Source of the DNA: Ptychomitrium polyphyllum
Taxonomy: Eukaryota
DNA: 64,000 nucleotides
Reading direction: 5' to 3'
NCBI GenBank assembly: GCA_973851085.1
Contig: OZ316775.1
Location: 18,910,001 to 18,974,000, forward strand
Shown: one piece after another, positions 23,931 to 36,776 of the stretch
Layout of the letters: each line of letters opens with the position of its first letter
Position numbering within the stretch: the first letter of the stretch is position 1
Position numbers and translations under genes: made by a program
The notes under the pieces: model-generated
Told to the model about the DNA's origin: nothing
Databases searched by the model: none
What the model saw: the letters and a program-made list of their open reading frames with translations, nothing else

Positions 23931-26093
23931 ATGAATGCATTAAGGAAGGAGTATTTTCTAATTGGGGTTGTCAGTATGCCGAAGATGGAGAGTGCCGAGA
24001 AGCCTAAAGGAAGACTCTTTGCTGCAGTTCTACCAAGTGTTTGGTTACTTAAGCTTAGGTCCTTCCGTAGAAAGTCGCGGAGCTTGAGAGCAACGGATAT
24101 TAGTGAGCCCGTAATTGCAGACTCTGCGCCATTCCTCCCGAAGACTGTAGAGAATATTTACAAACATGGATCTGAAATCTGCACATTCTCTCCTCTTCAA
24201 GGTCCACAAGCCAAGCTTATTAGTAATCCTGCCAGTTCAGGCCCCGAGAATCTCGTTGAGAATGCTGTTACGGAGTTTTCGACTCCAAGCAGAAAGAGCA
24301 TTATCGGCACGGATGGGACTACGAGAGCGACACCAGTGGCATCGCTTGCTACCACCACGGGCTCTGGATCTTCTAATTTCTCCAGATGCATGCACAGACC
24401 CGCATTCTTCTCAAGCCTTAAGAACTTGTGCAAGCTGGTCGGGGATGAGTCTCTATCAACGAAGAGTTCAAGCCATTCTATTCAACTTCGAAAAACTGCT
24501 ACGCCAAGTATGAGGGCCTGGTTCTTGATAGGTTGTGGAGGCGCTTCACGACCGCGCGCTCGCCACAGCAGCCTGGATCTAGAGAAAGAATCGGGATTGA
24601 TGGATTTGGATGGGGACTCAGGACTTGAGCGCATTGATGAAGGAACTGGTATTGAAGCTTCCTGGCCCAAGAAATCGGAGTCGTGGTCTGGAGCGAATAC
24701 GACGTCATGGAATGTCGATTCCAGTAATGATGAAGTGGTGAAAAATCAAGTTGTCGTGAAGAAGAAGAAATTTGCTAAGAACAAGGTGTCGAAAGGAGTG
24801 AAGGTGAAGTCTCCGGTAAAGTTAAAATCCGGGTCTAAACCTACACTTGGCCACCTGTTTTCCACCAGGTCGGATACGGATTCCCCTAGGAAGGTCTTCC
24901 CAGATACGGAAACGGAGTCGGAGATTCACATCGACAATCCGAAGATGGTTAGGCTTCCATGGAAATCAACGTCTTTTGGTAGCGATAGCACCTTCAGAGC
25001 TCCGTCGGTGGGTTCAGAGTATGGATTGACCTTTTCGGAAAGGAAACCATATTTCTGTTTTCCGGAATCCGAGGCTCCAGCGGCATACGCTGAAGAAGTC
25101 GATAATGGTGGTAACGTCTCTGACAGTCAGAGCTTGCTGAGGGAGAAGGTGCTTGCAGCGGAGCGGCTGCGTGAAGGCTCGAAGTCGTGGAGGGACCAAC
25201 GAAAGGTTGAAACGAAGCAAAATGATGCTGAGGCAATGAAGCTACTAGCATCTCTTGATCAAGTTTTGGATCAACGCAATCTGAAGAGGCTGGTCGAGGA
25301 TGAAGAGGACAGCGGCTCAATGTTTGGAAGCCCCAGATTCGAGCTTCACAACTCGCCTGTTTTTGAGAGTTTTCTCGAATCCTCTGCCAAAGCATGGGGG
25401 ATTGAAATTCCTACGCAGAAAACCGACGACATTAAGACCTCTGGGTCATTCAGTGACCAAAGTAGAGAGCTGCATTGTGTCACGGTTCAGACAGCATCTC
25501 AACTAGAGAAAGGGAGAGATCAGCAGGCGCAAGAGCGGGAGCTTAGAGGGAGAGAAACTACTCGCACTGTAAGAGTCAACTCGTCCTCGCCTGCCAAGGC
25601 ACGTAAAGTGAAGCGTCCTGTGGAGAAGGAAGTTCAGAAGAGACCATCCCCTTCCAGGAAACCTCTCCCTAAGAACACCCGCGAAGAGAGGACTATTCAT
25701 CCGCAACGGGAGGAGAGCATGGTGGATCCAGAACTCCATGACGAGTTTATTCATGCGAGAAGAAAATTCAATGAGGCAAGAAAACGGGCCAAACAGCGGC
25801 GGTCAAAGCAAGTGGCTTCTATTCCTTCTCCTCCTACTGCTGCGGCTCCTGCTCCAGCTCCTGCTCCTGCACCTAAAGAGAGAGTGGCTGTTGTTGTTGA
25901 AAGCTCTTATGATCCTTATAATGATTTCCGTCAGTCTATGATCGAGATGATTGTTGACCAGGATATTCATGAGACGGGTGATTTGGAAGAGCTTTTGCAG
26001 TGCTACTTGTCCCTCAATGAGCCAGAGTACCATAACGTCATTGTGGATGTCTTCTCTGATGTTTGGCACGAGCTTTTCGAGAGCAACAGTTGA
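23931..26093 (+). CDS. OVATE family protein (OFP), single coding exon, 720 aa
   Basis: C-terminal OVATE domain VAVVVESSYDPYNDFRQSMIEMIV...LEELLQCYLSLN..YHNVIVDVFSDVW and N-terminal WLLKLR motif. The start may be the second ATG (23976). Confidence 0.93.
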   Translation: MNALRKEYFLIGVVSMPKMESAEKPKGRLFAAVLPSVWLLKLRSFRRKSRSLRATDISEPVIADSAPFLPKTVENIYKHGSEICTFSPLQGPQAKLISNPASSGPENLVENAVTEFSTPSRKSIIGTDGTTRATPVASLATTTGSGSSNFSRCMHRPAFFSSLKNLCKLVGDESLSTKSSSHSIQLRKTATPSMRAWFLIGCGGASRPRARHSSLDLEKESGLMDLDGDSGLERIDEGTGIEASWPKKSESWSGANTTSWNVDSSNDEVVKNQVVVKKKKFAKNKVSKGVKVKSPVKLKSGSKPTLGHLFSTRSDTDSPRKVFPDTETESEIHIDNPKMVRLPWKSTSFGSDSTFRAPSVGSEYGLTFSERKPYFCFPESEAPAAYAEEVDNGGNVSDSQSLLREKVLAAERLREGSKSWRDQRKVETKQNDAEAMKLLASLDQVLDQRNLKRLVEDEEDSGSMFGSPRFELHNSPVFESFLESSAKAWGIEIPTQKTDDIKTSGSFSDQSRELHCVTVQTASQLEKGRDQQAQERELRGRETTRTVRVNSSSPAKARKVKRPVEKEVQKRPSPSRKPLPKNTREERTIHPQREESMVDPELHDEFIHARRKFNEARKRAKQRRSKQVASIPSPPTAAAPAPAPAPAPKERVAVVVESSYDPYNDFRQSMIEMIVDQDIHETGDLEELLQCYLSLNEPEYHNVIVDVFSDVWHELFESNS

Positions 26094-29000
26094 GAATTCC
26101 TCACGAGGGGTTTCAACTGTAACCCCATTTAGCATCCATTTGGGTGAGATTGTGAGCTTGGAGGTGCGTGTACAACTAGATCGTTACGTTTCCTGTGTAG
26201 TTTATTTGTTGAGGATATCCACAACATGGCTGAATCAACGTCCAACATGCTTGTGTGGCTGGCTGTGAATTTTGTAAATACTGTCATCTGGTGCAGGGTA
26301 GCTGTCACTTGCGGATGCGTCTGCCAGGAGTGGCATTGCATGAGAGTATAGTGCAGATTTGTTTGAGACGAGTAGGTGACTGCGAGGGTCCGTGAGGTAC
26401 GCGTCTGCTTTTCTTGCGCTGCAGCTGATGGTTCAGAGAAGACCGGCTATGTTCGAATATGCAGTGATTCGGGAGTCTCAGATGTGTTCGTTTGTAGTGC
26501 GTGATGGAGTTGAAGGAGATTCAGAAGAATTCGAGGATGTTAGACTGAGGGGAGTTTTTAACGGATGAGTTGGAGTGTGGGACTTGAGGCTGAATTTACG
26601 CAGCTGAGGATGGTAAAAGCCACTGCTGCATCATCGTGTCCAACAACAACCGTACATTTATCGACCTCGACGACAATCATTGTGCTATCGTTCGTCGTGG
26701 TTTGTGCACCTCACTCGGATTCTCCTTGAAACCTGCTTGATATTCTGTTTTACGTCGATTTTTTAAGGCTTATTGTTCTGATACTTGGATCTAATTGTAG
26801 TTTTCGTTTTCTTTTCGTTTCTTTCCTCGTTTTCGAGGATGGCGGTTTTTCATACATATTGCAGTGTCCGAGAGGATCTCTTGAGCATATGTCGAGGAAT
26901 TGTAAAAGGATGATGTCCCTGCTGGATGTGGGAATTGTGCTGCTGTTAGAAATCCCTTGGCGCTATCGTTGTGATGCGGGTGGGCTTTGTGGTAGAAAAG
27001 TTTGGAGTTGTACGATCGCTTGCTGCCGTGAACTGCTCTCTGAGGTGGTGGAACTGGCGTGGAATTGACAGGCACAGAGGCACACGATTATCTCGATGCA
27101 GCCCACTCCAAACCAGGACACGCGCACCATCATGGAATACGAATCCGTCTCAGCTGCTATGGATGGTACTGGCTTCTTCATAGGAGTTGTCTACGGTGAT
27201 CATTTGAATGGTTGTCTTGAACTGATGTATGCGGGATGTTTGAAAAGAGGTTAAAATCTGTGACCTACGGCGTACGAAGCATTACATATGATATGTTGTA
27301 GAAGGGCTTGAATGCGGTTTGTACAGTGACTGATTACTGTTCTGTAATGGTACAACTATATCAAATTTTTGTTGTATTCAAAATGAGACTTGCCTATTTG
27401 TACGGCAATGTAATTGTCAATTCCCCCAACACAGATTCGCTACCTTTCAAGTTGGACCTGATCAAAATCTGTTTCATGTGTCAAATGTGGTAGTTCTGTT
27501 AAAGAGGCTTGTTCAAATCATTTTACGTGTACAGTGGATACACTCGTAAGAATGGCAGAAGAGTATGACACCACAAACAACACAGCAGCACATTTTGTGA
27601 ATATTCGAACCCTTATCTCTGGCTCAACACCACCCCCCTCCCTTCCCTTCCAGGAGCTAGAATGCAATATAGCCTAAACATTTCCGATCACATGAAATTG
27701 CACAATACTGTCCCGACGTATTGTGTTGCACGTAGGAAACTCACAAAGTGCCTGTTAAGCTCCACCACTGCAGAACAGGTCCACAAAAACAGTTTCATGT
27801 TCAATGGGAAATTTCAGTCATTTTTAGTTCCCATAATAGAATTAGCAACTCAGGTATGTCATGTTGTAGTTTCAGTTAGCTGCCCCAAGAGGGTTATAAT
27901 CCAATAAGCCCATAGCACAATCCAAGCATTCAATGAATCAATGAAAAGTACACTATGACTTACATGATGATGCAACATGACAACTTGGCATTATGTCCAG
28001 TAAACTTCTCCTGTCAACTATGGAAGATAATTTAATCCAAGACTCTAGGGTGGCACATTCATCTTGAGAAGCAGTGTTGTCAAACCAACATCAAGAGGAA
28101 GCCCGGCCCCTTCAGAAGTGAAACTTTACATGGGAAATGCAATGTATAGATATGTTAGCTGGTTTAGTGCAAATGGGTTATTTGCATATACTAGAATAAG
28201 ATTATGGATCATTCAAATATTATATGTTGAGTAGCCACCTTTGGGGTGCATTCACTTATTGGTGCCCCATGAACATGGCAACACATCTGCAGCCTTACAC
28301 TTTTCAAGTATGGGAGCTATTTTGGCCAAGCTTTCTTCAAGCTCTAGTCAATTCCAACCATCCAGAGTCAAAGCCAGCCCCATGCCTGCAAGTGAGGTCA
28401 AAAGGGTAAAAACTGCCAAAATCCATTTGAGCATTTGGTTTTTTTATCCATGTTTTTGAACAATTGAAAATTCCTATGGCTTTGAACAGATGCTAGTAAC
28501 AACATATACCTTGGAAGCTAAGAAATGCAATGTACGTAATTGTCCTGTTGGTAATAAACAGATGACCCAACACTTCATTCACACTGGCCCGTCAAAAGGG
28601 ACTGGAGTTCTTCTTTCTTTGTTGATGTATTCTCATCTAGCCTAGAGTTGAATTGAAGTGAAAGAAGTCCCAAACTATTTACCACTAGCTCCAAGTTCTT
28701 AGTCTTGTGACTGTAAGCAATTATATCATGCAGAGTTTCTGAACATGTTTCTCCTCACTAGAGAATCAATCTACCCTTCCTGAATCCAAATAGAAAGCGT
28801 GAATGAAAATCTCAAAACCCCTTTGCTACTACAACTAGTGAAAGTCCTACTTGATTGCCAGAAATGTGAGTATTTATGCATGATCATCCTTTTTCCAAAT
28901 AACAATAAATTCTTTTGCATAATTAACATAGCAATTCTTTGAATATTAAGGAAGCAAACCAGGCAAATAGGACAGTTGTAATGATCTGCCAGAGTGAAAT

Positions 29001-30401
29001 CATGCAACAGCAACGTGCTCGGAACTGCTTTACCTGTAAATTTAATTAGGATAACCATAACTTACACATTCATTGATTTTTAATGTTATCCTAAGTTGAA
29101 GTTGCATTTGAAGTTTTCAACCTTGGAGGTGACAAAAGTGCTATTTTTGGCTATTTTATAGCGTACACGTATTTCTCATGAATGCATGAAGTGTCTGGTC
29201 TACAGAAATGGCACGATTTGTATGTCAAATAGTTCTGACATTTATGGAAAGGAATCATTTGTAACGTTAGAAACATGACACTATTAGTAAACAGAGCAAT
29301 TCCTGGAGCAGGTACAGATCTTGAAGCGTTGACAACTGCAAACATGATTGGCATTTTGTAAATCCGTGGCCAACCAAACAAAGCCAATTTATCCGTCGTC
29401 ACCAATTGTAAGATATTTGTTGCTGACTAGTATCTAATTGCAGCGATGGCGATTTGCCCCACTATCGCCACAACTGAGTGGAGGCCGGCTGCGCCCGAAT
29501 ATAATTCCTAACACAGCAGCTAGTACCTGACACAAAAACGGATTACTAAGTTGTTGTTCGTCAACAGCAGTGCCAAGGCATAGTGAAGATGGACAACTCT
29601 TGAAGCTTTGCGGGCGAAGAAAAATTTGACTTCAACAGAAGTTTTACCCCCGATTATACGAAACAGTAATTTAAGCTTAGCTCATAAGGTACAATTTGAT
29701 CAGCCATTCCAATTGCAGAAATGGTGCATTGGTTTAAGTACCCAACTTTCGAGATCGTGAACTAGTGGGAGTCTGTAGCCCTTGCCGCTGCTCTGACACA
29801 AAGGAACTTCGCATAATCCCTCGCGAACGTTAAAGTACGAACACAGTCGTTGCATGCCACATGCAGTGGTCGAAAATTAACATAGGAACTTCCAAAATAG
29901 GAAGTTTACATAGAAACTTTCAAAATCTGTACTCAAATGGCGATATTATAGCTGTTATGTACAATGTTTACAGTATAATCTAGGAGACTGCAATCCAGGG
30001 AGTCATCCTCAGTATATCTCTCGCAAGAGTTTGCATACTATATCTATGAACTAATTGACCACCTGCCAAGAGGTGAATAGCAGATCAAACAGATGACCAT
30101 AGCCACCTTTACTTTTATAACACCTAAATCTGTAACTGTCTTCGTTAATTTGATAATGTAATCTACCAGGCTAAAATAGAAAAATGATTTGTAAAGCTGC
30201 ATGGAGCTGCAGAGACCTTGACCACGATCCGGACATTAATTAAACCAATGACAAATGACTCTTACTTTTGTGGTTCCTAAGCCACAGTTTTGAGTTGAAT
30301 CCTCAATTTAATAGAATCTCATCGTAACAGGACAACTGCTTCGGTTGAGTAATTTTGAAGAAGCAGCATCGCATGTATGTACTAATATGCAGGCTTTGCA
30401 C

Positions 30402-33400
30402 TTAAATGCCAGAGCTGTCACCTCCAGACAAAGTTGAGAGTATCACATATGCACAAAGCACAGATGATGAAAAGAGGGTAACCCATGCTCCACTTGGTAC
30501 CATCTCCATGGCTGCTGTTACTGGGGACTTCTCTCGTCCTTCTGCCCACAGACGCAACCGCTCTGCCTCTGCTGCATACACTGCTCTTCCCTGTCCAAAT
30601 AGCATGCTTATCAGGGGTTATACACATTCTCCCAACTGCTTAGTGCCCTTCTCCTACTTAACATATTAATAAAAACGGCAGCATCTACAACTCAGATCTG
30701 AAAAGAATAAGAACAGAATAACCTCTTTAAAAAACCTAGGATATGAGAATTAAACCTACAAAGATATGTACACCTACCTCTTGGTCAAACCAACGACCAC
30801 GTCTAAACCAACCATTCAAAATGGCCAAGATGATGCGAGGAGGGGTAAGATAATTAACAGCTTTGCCAGTGCCTTTCACAGTCCTTAGGCCCGGCACTAT
30901 CGCTTGAGCAACTGTCTCAGGCTGCTCGCAAATTATATTGAACACTTGTTTGTTTTGGAGAGTAGCTCCACTGCAGAACGATAGATGACATTTAGTAACT
31001 GACGGCCCATTAAACAACAAAACAAGCTCATAAAACACGAGCCTAGTGTATGTGAAGAAATCAAATTCTTTCATGAAACATCGTCATGTAATCGTCTACA
31101 TCCACTGAATTAGCCATCAAAAAGTTGTTGAGGTTAACATACCTAAGGAGGAGATCAGTAAGAACCATGCCCGGGGACGCCGTGTGAATACCCACTCGAG
31201 AGCCCTTACATTCTTGCAAGAGGGAGGCCGAAAGTTGCCGTAGCCCACATTTTGTTGCTCCGTATCTGCTACGATAAGAAAGTACCATCAAAGTCATATA
31301 CTGTAGAGAATATGAGACCAAACACAAGGAAAGAACGTATTAATGCTACACTCGTATCATACAGAAGTATCAATTAACATCACTGGATCCTTGCATCAAG
31401 CGTCAGAAAATTACGCTGCAGTCAATGGAGTACTCGTGCCCCCGGAACCAGCTCCATCCATATTGAAGATGTGCCCTCCTTTGGGCTGTTTTTTCATGAC
31501 TCGAATAGCTTCACGAGTGCATATCAAAGAGCCCGTCAAATTAGTAGACACAATCTGTGAACAAAGGTCCAAGTTAGCTCATCATATGGAACAAATGTAT
31601 CTGGGCAGGCCTCGCCTCAAAATATCTGGATTATTCTTGAAAGAATTTCATTGAAGAAAGATGCACAGAATATGCAATTAGAAAACAAAAAGGTCCACAT
31701 AACAATGAAAAAACTCGTACCTGTGCAATTTCTTCACCGGAAAATTCTACCAGAGGCCTAAAACCCTTATTCATTCCCGCATTGTTAATCTACAAAGAGA
31801 AAAAACCACAACAAAGAGATTGTGAGATCATGGATATGAAGATACGTAGTCAAGTGTCACTTACTTACTCGAAATGCAGAGCAGCCAAATGTAAAAGTCT
31901 TAATTACCAAACTTTCATGCAAAACTTACAGGCACGAGATGCACAAGATTAAGCGCTATAACTACTTCACCTTGATTACCCACCCAAATATGAACATTCC
32001 CAAAGTCTCGTACGGCTGCTTCTGAAAGCGCTTGGACATCCTCGCTCTTGGAAACATCGCAAGGCATTCCCACAACCTTCGGACAACTTTTCTTACTCCT
32101 TGTTTCAAATGTATCGACTTGCAAGTCCTCAAATAAAAGAAAATCACGATGCATCTCCTCAACCTCTCGCTGAAGCTCCAACACTGTACTACTCACAGAC
32201 TCGAGACTGCTCCCCATCATCACAAGAAGTAATTGGTCAGTTCATCAAGTTACATCATTCATCCACTCAGGTTGGCTATGAATAGGGCTGCACAAAAGGA
32301 CGTAGATAGCTGCTTCGATATACAAATAGGATAGACGCAGACTATCACCTTCGAGATGTAATGAAAACATTGTCACCAGCACGCAGAAATTCACGAGCAA
32401 GAGCTTTCCCAAGACCTCGAGTACTGCACAAGGACAGAAAGGATATAGTAATAAGAAGAAATATAAAATTTCAATACTTGGATATAAAAACCCAACCTCG
32501 GACATTTATGTCTAGTATATGAGTCTCAGAGAAACTCACTGGGGGAAAAATCAAGAAAAGTACAGGATGTAAGCTGGCAAGTCTACACCGCTCTTTCAAC
32601 TTGACGGTTTCCGACAAGAGCACAATATTCTGATTATGTAACTTGAAAATCGTGTTTCATGAAGCACACAACTAATAAACGAAAAAAACAATATTCCAAG
32701 TTATTTTTCTCAACGATAACCCCATTGAGCATTTAGCACCAACTGGCCGAAACAATTAAAGTCCATGACCATGAACATCCCATGCTCGTTCTGAACCTCT
32801 GGTCACACCAACCTCGCAGATTAGCAAGCTAAAAATACTGGAGCAACCTAACCAAAACTTCCAGTAATAGCAAATGCCAATCAGTAGATGGCACCAGCGG
32901 AAATTACAGATCATCTATAGCTTTAACTTAAACACAAAGACATCACTTCTAACCTCCTATATACCAAGAATCTTGCACTCACCTTCCTGTGATGACTACA
33001 TTGCGTCGACCTCGTCTCGCATGACCTTCTAAAACTTGTCCCGCTCCGATCATTGAACCAAGCACTATTCCAGCAAGCCAACTACACCAAAGAAGTTGCT
33101 CCTGGTAAGCCTCGCCTCCTGCAAATGAAGGTAAGGTTCAGTGAAATTAAGATGCGTAATCTGAATCCATTCCTCATTTTAGGATTAATATTCCTGTCGC
33201 AATGCGAAACAGGAATTCCGAAACTCAATTCATCCCTGTTAGCGACTGTATCATTTCCTTCCACATATCAATATCAACACGATAGGTACAGATTGTACAT
33301 CAAGATTAATCTTTACAAAGGGTGCTCTGACTACGATTATACAAAAATGACATCTTTCTGCTACTACTGAAATTTCCAACAGACATAGCTCAGCGTACCG

Positions 33401-34391
33401 GACAACTGAAAACCTGTGGCAAGAATGGCCCCAGTTGCACCCATGATGAACGTGAACTTCCCGAGCGGACTTGAAAACTGATAACACACACAAATCAAGT
33501 ATACCTCTTAATACAATACGGCGCTATGCTTTTAAGGAGATTATGTTACCACAGCAAACGCAAGCATGAGGCAGGCCCAGTACTAAATGAAGGGTTTCAC
33601 AAGGCAGGTCGGTATTTCTACCCCACTCGTTGCACAGTGCATTTTCACAAATTAGCATGTCAGCTGATGCTACGTACTGCGAAGAAGTCCTCCTCGGCTC
33701 TACGGAGGCCATTGAAAACTTTACTTCTCAACTTCTCAGTTGCCGAGGGAGTAGAGCCGTTCAAAAATCCAAGCGGGTTCCACCGAAGCTTCATTTGCTT
33801 TGCAGCACTTGCCACCTCTGTAGTGGTATCCTTTTTATCTTTAATACCACTTAAGAACCGCACAACTTTCCTGAGAAATTTTACTAATTTCGGTTGCTGC
33901 CTCGTACTTTGATGTACCACGTCCATTTCTAATTCCACTTGAGAATCAATTCTATCACTAAACTGGGCCAGCCCCGGGACTTCAATCTCCTCAACAGCCA
34001 ACAGATTCTCATGCCCATCTTCGGCAGCTAAGATTTTAACATCGCTTCTCAAACTCATATCCAATTCCTTACGAGCTTCCCCCGATCCATCATCCTCAAC
34101 TTCTTTCAAATCCCCTCGCACCAGGGACGAACCCTCCTTGAACTCCCTAATCAACACATTCCCAAACATCGGCCTCCTGTGAACCACAACCCTCGGTGCA
34201 AGAAAAGCAGACCGGTACCTCACGGACCCCCGCACTCTCACGTCCCGCCTCGAACAGACCTGCACTTTGCTCTCACACAACGCATACCCATACGGATGCA
34301 TCCGCAACGCCCCATGTCCTCCACCACTCCGGACGAAATTCTCAAAATTTGCATCCGGACGCACGAGCATGGCGGACGTCGACGCAGCCAT
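30402..34391 (-). CDS. NYC1: Chlorophyll(ide) b reductase NYC1-like short-chain dehydrogenase/reductase, multi-exon
   Basis: Transit-peptide-like exon 1. Spliced exons give GFQLSGG, NVVITG, DVSKSEDV, WINNAG, GHIFNMDGAGSGG.STP, catalytic YGATK, VGIHTASPGMVLTDLL and FNIICEQPETVA. The N- and C-terminal hydrophobic segments fit NYC1 rather than NOL. Confidence 0.92.
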
Positions 34392-35671
34392 GCTGTGTAT
34401 TTGTCAGAATGAAAGAAAACCTCTAAGTCTCAATCACTCGTAATGGCAAGGGAGGCGTGACAGTTAACCTGTTGACTACATGAGCACAAGACAGGACAGA
34501 GGGGCAGGGAAAGATGCGCATTGGTTCTGCTGCAGCTGCAAGTAAGTCCCAATGACAATCGGAGAGATTGCGGGAAGTGAGCGATGGAGTGTGGTGCAAA
34601 GACGACATGCCTCCATGTGCTCGTGGCAGCATCGTGCGACCACGTCAGTTCCTATTGCGTGTGTCTTTCGATGTCTTCCCTTTTCTGCTCACTTTCCAAA
34701 TATCCTCAAACTATCCTTCCGCACTTCTCCTCCAGAGGATGCATCCGACGGCTTTCGTTGCGCATGGTAGGGACAGGCACATCGGGATTGCCACAACATT
34801 GGGATAGCTCCGGGACATGAACTTTGAGGTTGAGCCACCAGACGTAAGGACTCAGAAACTCAAATGTCACCCCTTGAAAGTTTCTCACTAGGGGGCGAAA
34901 CCCAAAACCTTATTACATGGCTTCAACTGGGTTACAGCTGCAGAATTACAGTGTTTGAGAAACTGAAATGCTTCAAGTAAGGTCATCTGATGAGTTAGCA
35001 ACAGCGCTCCTGCGCGTGCTTGTCACTGCTAGTGAACATGGATGCCAATGTTATCAGATGAACATGTAGGTCTACACGTATAGAGCGTCTGCGTCTATCG
35101 AAATCATCTGTAGAATACACGAGTGTAATTTGAATGGCAGAAGCTGAGTTGTGTGGCAGAAATACAGCTACTTCGAAGAAACGAAGTAAGAAGTAACAAT
35201 GATAGATACGCCGTTAACTAAAGCCTCCGAACTTTGAACAAGCCATTGGCAAAAACTGAAAGTGAAGTAGCTTTGAACCATGAAGTAGTTGCTTACTTCG
35301 TGGAATCATATTGCTGTAGCCGGTACAAAACCGGGCTTAAACATACAACGCTGAGGTACATTATGGACAGGTTGAGACACACTTCTTTCTCTGACCCCTA
35401 GGTCAATACCAATCTGGGCATCCCAAAAGAGGCGGACTGGAATTCCAGACAGGAGCTTCAGATCCCAAAGAAAGCATGAGAATTCTCAATGTTACGTGAA
35501 CTCAAACACAGATAACATTCTGACTAAAGTCTATCTGCTTACAATTCAATAGTTCGTCACACTGCAACCATCGAATCTGTCACCTGCCCGCCACCGCCAC
35601 AGTAAACTCCAAAACCGATTCCATCTGCCCTCCCTTTCATTCTAGACACAGAGCTAAGACGCAAATCATTT

Positions 35672-36776
35672 CTAATTCTTCGCCAGCTTCTTCAACCGTT
35701 GGAAGGCCTGCTGCTTGATCCAGGAGCGATCGAAAGGTGCATAAGCTCTGACGGAGGGATCGAACCTACAGCAACGTCAAACGCACACGCCGATCAATCG
35801 GGGAAGACACCTTGTAGGAATGGGCTTTCAAGACACATCGCATAACTGCTCAAAGAAATACGCTCCAGCTTCAACACAAATCCCCAAACCAGCAAAATGG
35901 TCCACAGACAGCACCTCCACTAGCAGCGTCTCTCAGACTGACCGCTCAACATCTACACACGAAGCATGACTGCCGTTTCCGCATCACGCTTCAGCAAGTA
36001 CAACGAAGAGCAGTCGAATAAGCTTACACGAGCGCACTCATGTCAGTGAGAGCTTCGATGTACTTGTACAAGTCCGATATGTCGTAAGTGATGTTCCGCA
36101 AGTTTGGGTTCGCCTCTTTCAACCTCTTCTCAAACATCCAGCAGATACCTGCTCAAAACAACCATACAAACAGCGAACGCAGAACGAACCGTCAACAGGA
36201 TAGCCTGTAAAGTACCCGATCCGAAATACTTCCAACAAACTAAGACATGAGCTTCCAGTTTAGGAATACTCTACCCCAAGCACTGTAAAACAGAAGATCA
36301 CGTCCCCCGAAACCGTAATGGCACTGGATTAATCAACGAAGGGCACAAAACGGAGTTGAAAATCCAGTACCGTCCATAGCAGCTGGCACGGACTCGTAGT
36401 CCATAAAAGTACGAGTCGCCCGATTCGGAGTAGGCTGCATCAAGATGATCGTGTGCCGCTGCGCCTGCCAATCCACGCCAATTCAACAACCTCAGCAATT
36501 CAATCATCCACGCTTCACGAAAACTACTCCCCCTAGGGTTTTGAACCAAACCCTAATATTGGAAAAAAACGCCATCCTCATCAATCCCACACCAAACACA
36601 CTCACCAAAACCAAATCTCGCACACCGCATCACGGCCGTTCTCAGGAACGCAGACGAAAACCAGAAACTTAAGCCACAGAGGCCGAATTGAACCAAGAAT
36701 ATGAAGACAGGGGATTGAGCAAGGAGAGGAGGGGGCGGAGTTGGAGAGGGACTGGAGTGGTAAGTGCGCGTACCAT
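35672..36776 (-). CDS. ERH: Enhancer of rudimentary homolog, 4 exons (not in the ORF track)
   Basis: Exons 36776-36774 (ATG only), 36464-36371, 36148-36028 and 35765-35672 give MAQRHTIILMQPTPNRATRTFMDYESVPAAMDGICWMFEKRLKEANPNLRNITYDISDLYKYIEALTDMSALVFDPSVRAYAPFDRSWIKQQAFQRLKKLAKN. Confidence 0.95.

Noticed and set aside
34982..35061. Weak foldback tcatctgatga...tatcagatga as a miRNA or C/D snoRNA
   Set aside because: Only a ~10-bp terminal stem, no correctly placed D box and no known miRNA recognised.
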